NCBI RefSeq assembly: GCF_001194135.2
Contig: NC_069001.1
Location: 27,688,947-27,727,529, forward strand
DNA from: Octopus bimaculoides
Taxonomy: Eukaryota
DNA length: 38,583 bases
Reading direction: 5' to 3'
This document shows, one piece after another, positions 35,048-38,583 of this stretch. A program made the translations under genes and the position numbers. Within the stretch, counting starts at the first letter, position 1, and each line of letters opens with the position of its first letter. Below the pieces are notes generated by a model, which saw only the letters and a program-made list of their open reading frames with translations, searched no databases and was not told the origin of the DNA.

Positions 35048-36083
35048 TACAAGGGTAGGTTAAAAATTTAAGGTTGGAATTCTATAATTTATTAAGACAA
35101 AAGCCTGTGTTGAACAGTTACATCATTCTTCGACAGAGTCTCCTTGATTTTCGATGGTCTTTCTCCAGCGGCCCACAGCATTGCTAATTCCATCGTACAA
35201 GAAAGCATCGCCTGGTCACGTAGCCATATATGCGTCACTTCCTGCTCGTCTTTTGCCGGCATAAATAGACGACGTCCACAAAGACAACTGAGCGGGGTGA
35301 ACAGTCAGAAGGAGAGAGAACTGGATTGCATGTAGTCTGTTCCAGCAAGTCGAAAACCAGTTTTTAATGGTTTCAAATGTATGGTCGGCCGTATGTGTTT
35401 GAGCATTGTTTTGTAAAAGAAGCATTTACTTTGAGTACAGACGTCACCGTTTGGTGCAATATGCACGTTTCAATTATTTGTCCAATATTTCACTGTAGCC
35501 TATACTGTTGACGTTAGATCCTTTTCCAGGTAATGTTCTATTATAGGCCCGTTTGCGTTACAAAAAGACATCTGGCATCCCTTTTATTCTGCAGAAAGTT
35601 AAGGTTTTTCATTTCCGCGAGCGATTCTGTGTGTCCACTCCATGCTCTGCTTTTGGGATTCTCGCTCAAAGAGATAATCCCCGGTCTTATCTTACATAAT
35701 TTTTCTCTCCTTAAAAACCCTGACTTCATTGCTGAATCTGTCATGCAAACGTTGACAGACCTCCGTACGATTGCGCTAATGTTCTTCTGTATGCTCTCTA
35801 GGCACCCATCTCACACAGTCTTCATTGAAGCGAAAGTCATCAATGATCTGTCGTCGGTTCGCCAGACTCATCTCCCGAGCTTGATGAATCTTCACCAGAG
35901 TAGCAGATGTTCGTGGGCGTCCTGCTGTCTCTTTGTGCTTCACACTTGTCCGGCTATTATTAAAATTTTCGATTCCTTCATACACGGTTTTACGCGGTAG
36001 AACACTTTCCCTATGTCGTACTGAAAGCTTGTAATGAATTTCAGCCCCTGACACAAATTCATAAGAGAGAAATCGCACCGCTA
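35048..36083 (-). mobile_element. Mariner (Tc1/mariner, DD34D-type) transposon, near full length, pseudogenised
   Basis: Minus strand: QRIAVRFL..EIHYKLSVRHRESVLPRKTVYE..RTSVKHKETAGRPRTS (HTH), CVRWVPRE (WVP), FERESQKQSMEWTH, NGPIIEHYLEK, LLLQNNAQTHTA and WLRDQ. A TIR-like tacaagggtaggttaaaaa sits at 35048. The other TIR was not found. Confidence 0.9.
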
Positions 36084-36644
36084 TTCTCTGTGTATATATA
36101 TAAACATATGTATGAGCATGCATATATTTAAGAATACAGGCATATACATAGACACAAACATACACATGCCCATACAGTCTCTCAAAGACACACATAAATA
36201 CATATATACATTATATGTAAGCATGGTTAAGTTCTTTGAAATTCCGTTCCGCGAGTATGCGTACACAGGTTCAATCCGACTTCCAAGGATCTTGGGCAAA
36301 TTACAACCACGTGACAAGTCTGATGACAACAGTTGCGTTTGAGGAGGTACTGGAATATTCCAAAGCTCATCTGAGACAGGATTCCTCAAATTCATGTTTT
36401 CAGGCTTCAAGAACAATAATGAGGAATCAGCATGATAACTTTGTATGTCGGAGAGAGCGCAGGTATATGTATTTGTACATATATGTGTATGTGTGAGTGT
36501 GTCTGTGCGTGCGTCTGAGCATTTGCTCGTGTATAACGGCGTGTAAATATTGAGTTGAAAAACTGATATTTATAGCTTTAATATACTTGCATTTTCACGC
36601 TCTCTCCATCAGTGCAAGTTCTCTCTAAGTTTATACATTTCTAA

Positions 36645-36689
36645 GATATATATATACATACATACAAATATATATACATACATACATAT

Positions 36690-36737
<48 letters not shown>

Positions 36738-36930
36738 ATATATATATACTTGTATACGTATATATATGTATATATATAAATATATATATATGTATGTATG
36801 TATGTATGTATACGAATGAGTGAACACATGCAAGTAACATGGCTTAGTCATGCAGAGTTTATTTAAATGGATATTACATGTGTGTGTGTATAGACGCACA
36901 CACACACACACACACACACACACCATATAT
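36645..36930. repeat. Compound (TA)n/(TACA)n/(TATG)n/(CA)n microsatellites
   Basis: Directly visible. Confidence 0.9.
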
Positions 36931-37579
36931 GTATATATAAATATAGGCATATATGCATAAATAAGTGTTTATGTGTACAATATACAACATAATTATTAAT
37001 GACCAAAGAAAACGTACTCAGGAGTGTAACTTATAGATATTTATGAACTGTGTAGTTCTGTGTGAAGCGTGTATATCTAATATTTTAATATTTACCTTTT
37101 TTTAAGTAGCAAAAGACCATATCGCATTTAATATCCTAATTTAATTATACTTGAATATTTTTTTTTCTAAATATTCCTAATAAATTTAGTTGCATGGTTG
37201 AATGCATATAAAAGTTGTAGGTTATACACCCACAAACGATATATCTATTTAAATTGGATTTTTTGAATAAAATCTCATAAAAGTTTCTGGCGATATACGA
37301 TGTTCTTTTGCATTTTCTTCTTGATACACGTAAGCACACATCTTTCTCTNNNNNNNNNNNNNNNNNNNNNNNNNNNNNNNNNNNNNNNNNNNNNNNNNNN
37401 NNNNNNNNNNNNNNNNNNNNNNNNNNNNNNNNNNNNNNNNNNNNNNNNNNNNNNNNNNNNNNNNNNNNNNNNNNNNNNNNNNNNNNNNNNNNNNNNNNNN
37501 NNNNNNNNNNNNNNNNNNNNNNNNNNNNNNNNNNNNNNNNNNNNNNNNNNNNNNNNNNNNNNNNNNNNNNNNNNNNNNN

Positions 37580-37645
<66 letters not shown>
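37580..37645. repeat. (CA)n-(TA)n microsatellite at the edge of a 230-N gap
   Basis: Directly visible. N 37350-37579. Confidence 0.95.
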
Positions 37646-37648
<3 letters not shown>

Positions 37649-38479
37649 GTATATGTATATACATTTATATACACCTGCATATAAATATGTCTGTTTGTAT
37701 TTGGGTGAATGTGTATGTATATATATATATACGTGTGTGTATAATGAAAGCATAAACCTACACATTACATACCATATTTTTATGAGCTAAATTTCTAAGA
37801 ATATATTCCCTTGCTTATTGCAAAGTTAACAGCTACTGAAAGAAAAAAGAAGAAAATTATACAAATAATTACAAAAATAGAAATTTTAAATAAGTAAATA
37901 AATAAATGAATAAATAAATAAGTAAATCTAAAATCTCTAAACAAGTTCATGAGAATTTTGCCTGGAAACTGTAAGAAAATTGTAAAATTTGCTTCGAATA
38001 GTTTTATGGGTGCAATAGTTAAATGATTAACAAGGAAAAAAAATACATGCATATATATATATTTCACGTTTCTTATCAATATATAACAAGAAATAGTTTA
38101 TAGGAATATTTTGTACATTCTTTATTTATGGATATATTTTCAATCATTATCCAGGATGCAGAATATTATATGCTTTTTTGAAGGCAAAACTGTTCGACAA
38201 TCTGCCTACAACTTCGTTTGCTGAAAAGCTAAATCGGCATTATGATAGCCTTTTCATTTCGTATTTTTTTTTCTTTTATTCTTTTAAATTACTTTCATGC
38301 TAGCATTAAATACCCAGATTGTAGAATTTATATTTCAGACTTCCATTCGAATTGCCCATAACATTCATCTGTGTGAGTCAGAATATGTCTGTATTTATAG
38401 TTAAACAGCAGCGAGAGATGCATATAGATGTTATATACTTATAAATACACGTATACACACCCACGCAAACACCCACGCA

Positions 38480-38498
38480 CACATCCAAAACCCATACG

Positions 38499-38539
<41 letters not shown>

Positions 38540-38542
38540 GTA

Positions 38543-38583
<41 letters not shown>
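38480..38583. repeat. (TA)n-(CA)n microsatellite at the window end
   Basis: Directly visible. Confidence 0.95.

Noticed and set aside
36236-36496. ORF and possible exon ending at cag|gtatat, with a SINE-like ggttcaatcc..ttgggcaa upstream
   Set aside because: The peptide is unrecognised, the acceptor is weak and the upstream part looks like SINE debris. Support is insufficient for either call.

Overview
AT-rich eukaryotic non-coding DNA from a gapped draft assembly, with N-runs at 6981-7230, 15055-15544, 17907-18470, 22765-22859, 24801-24810 and 37350-37579. The SINE families and microsatellite density resemble octopus genomes; this is inferred from recalled repeat consensi, not from a search. 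I can support no intact host protein-coding gene, rRNA, functional tRNA or CRISPR array. Most ORFs in the track are microsatellite read-throughs. The window is a collection of decayed transposable elements: BEL/Pao gag-protease with a candidate LTR, RTE, CR1/L2, R4/Dong, Tx1/L1 and Penelope-like retroelement remnants, two mariner remnants and several tRNA-derived SINEs. The most noteworthy structures are: a short RTE derivative that fuses the 5' UTR to the 3' end (1448-1790); a 101-bp-arm palindrome (15545-15766); a 272-bp-period repeat (22438-22981); a (TAA)n-associated Dong/Penelope composite (19311-21010); and a head-to-tail pair of an unclassified (TAA)n-flanked element (33318-33936). I see no strong evidence for a novel biological system, so interest scores are moderate at best. 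All family calls come from manual translation and motif recognition.
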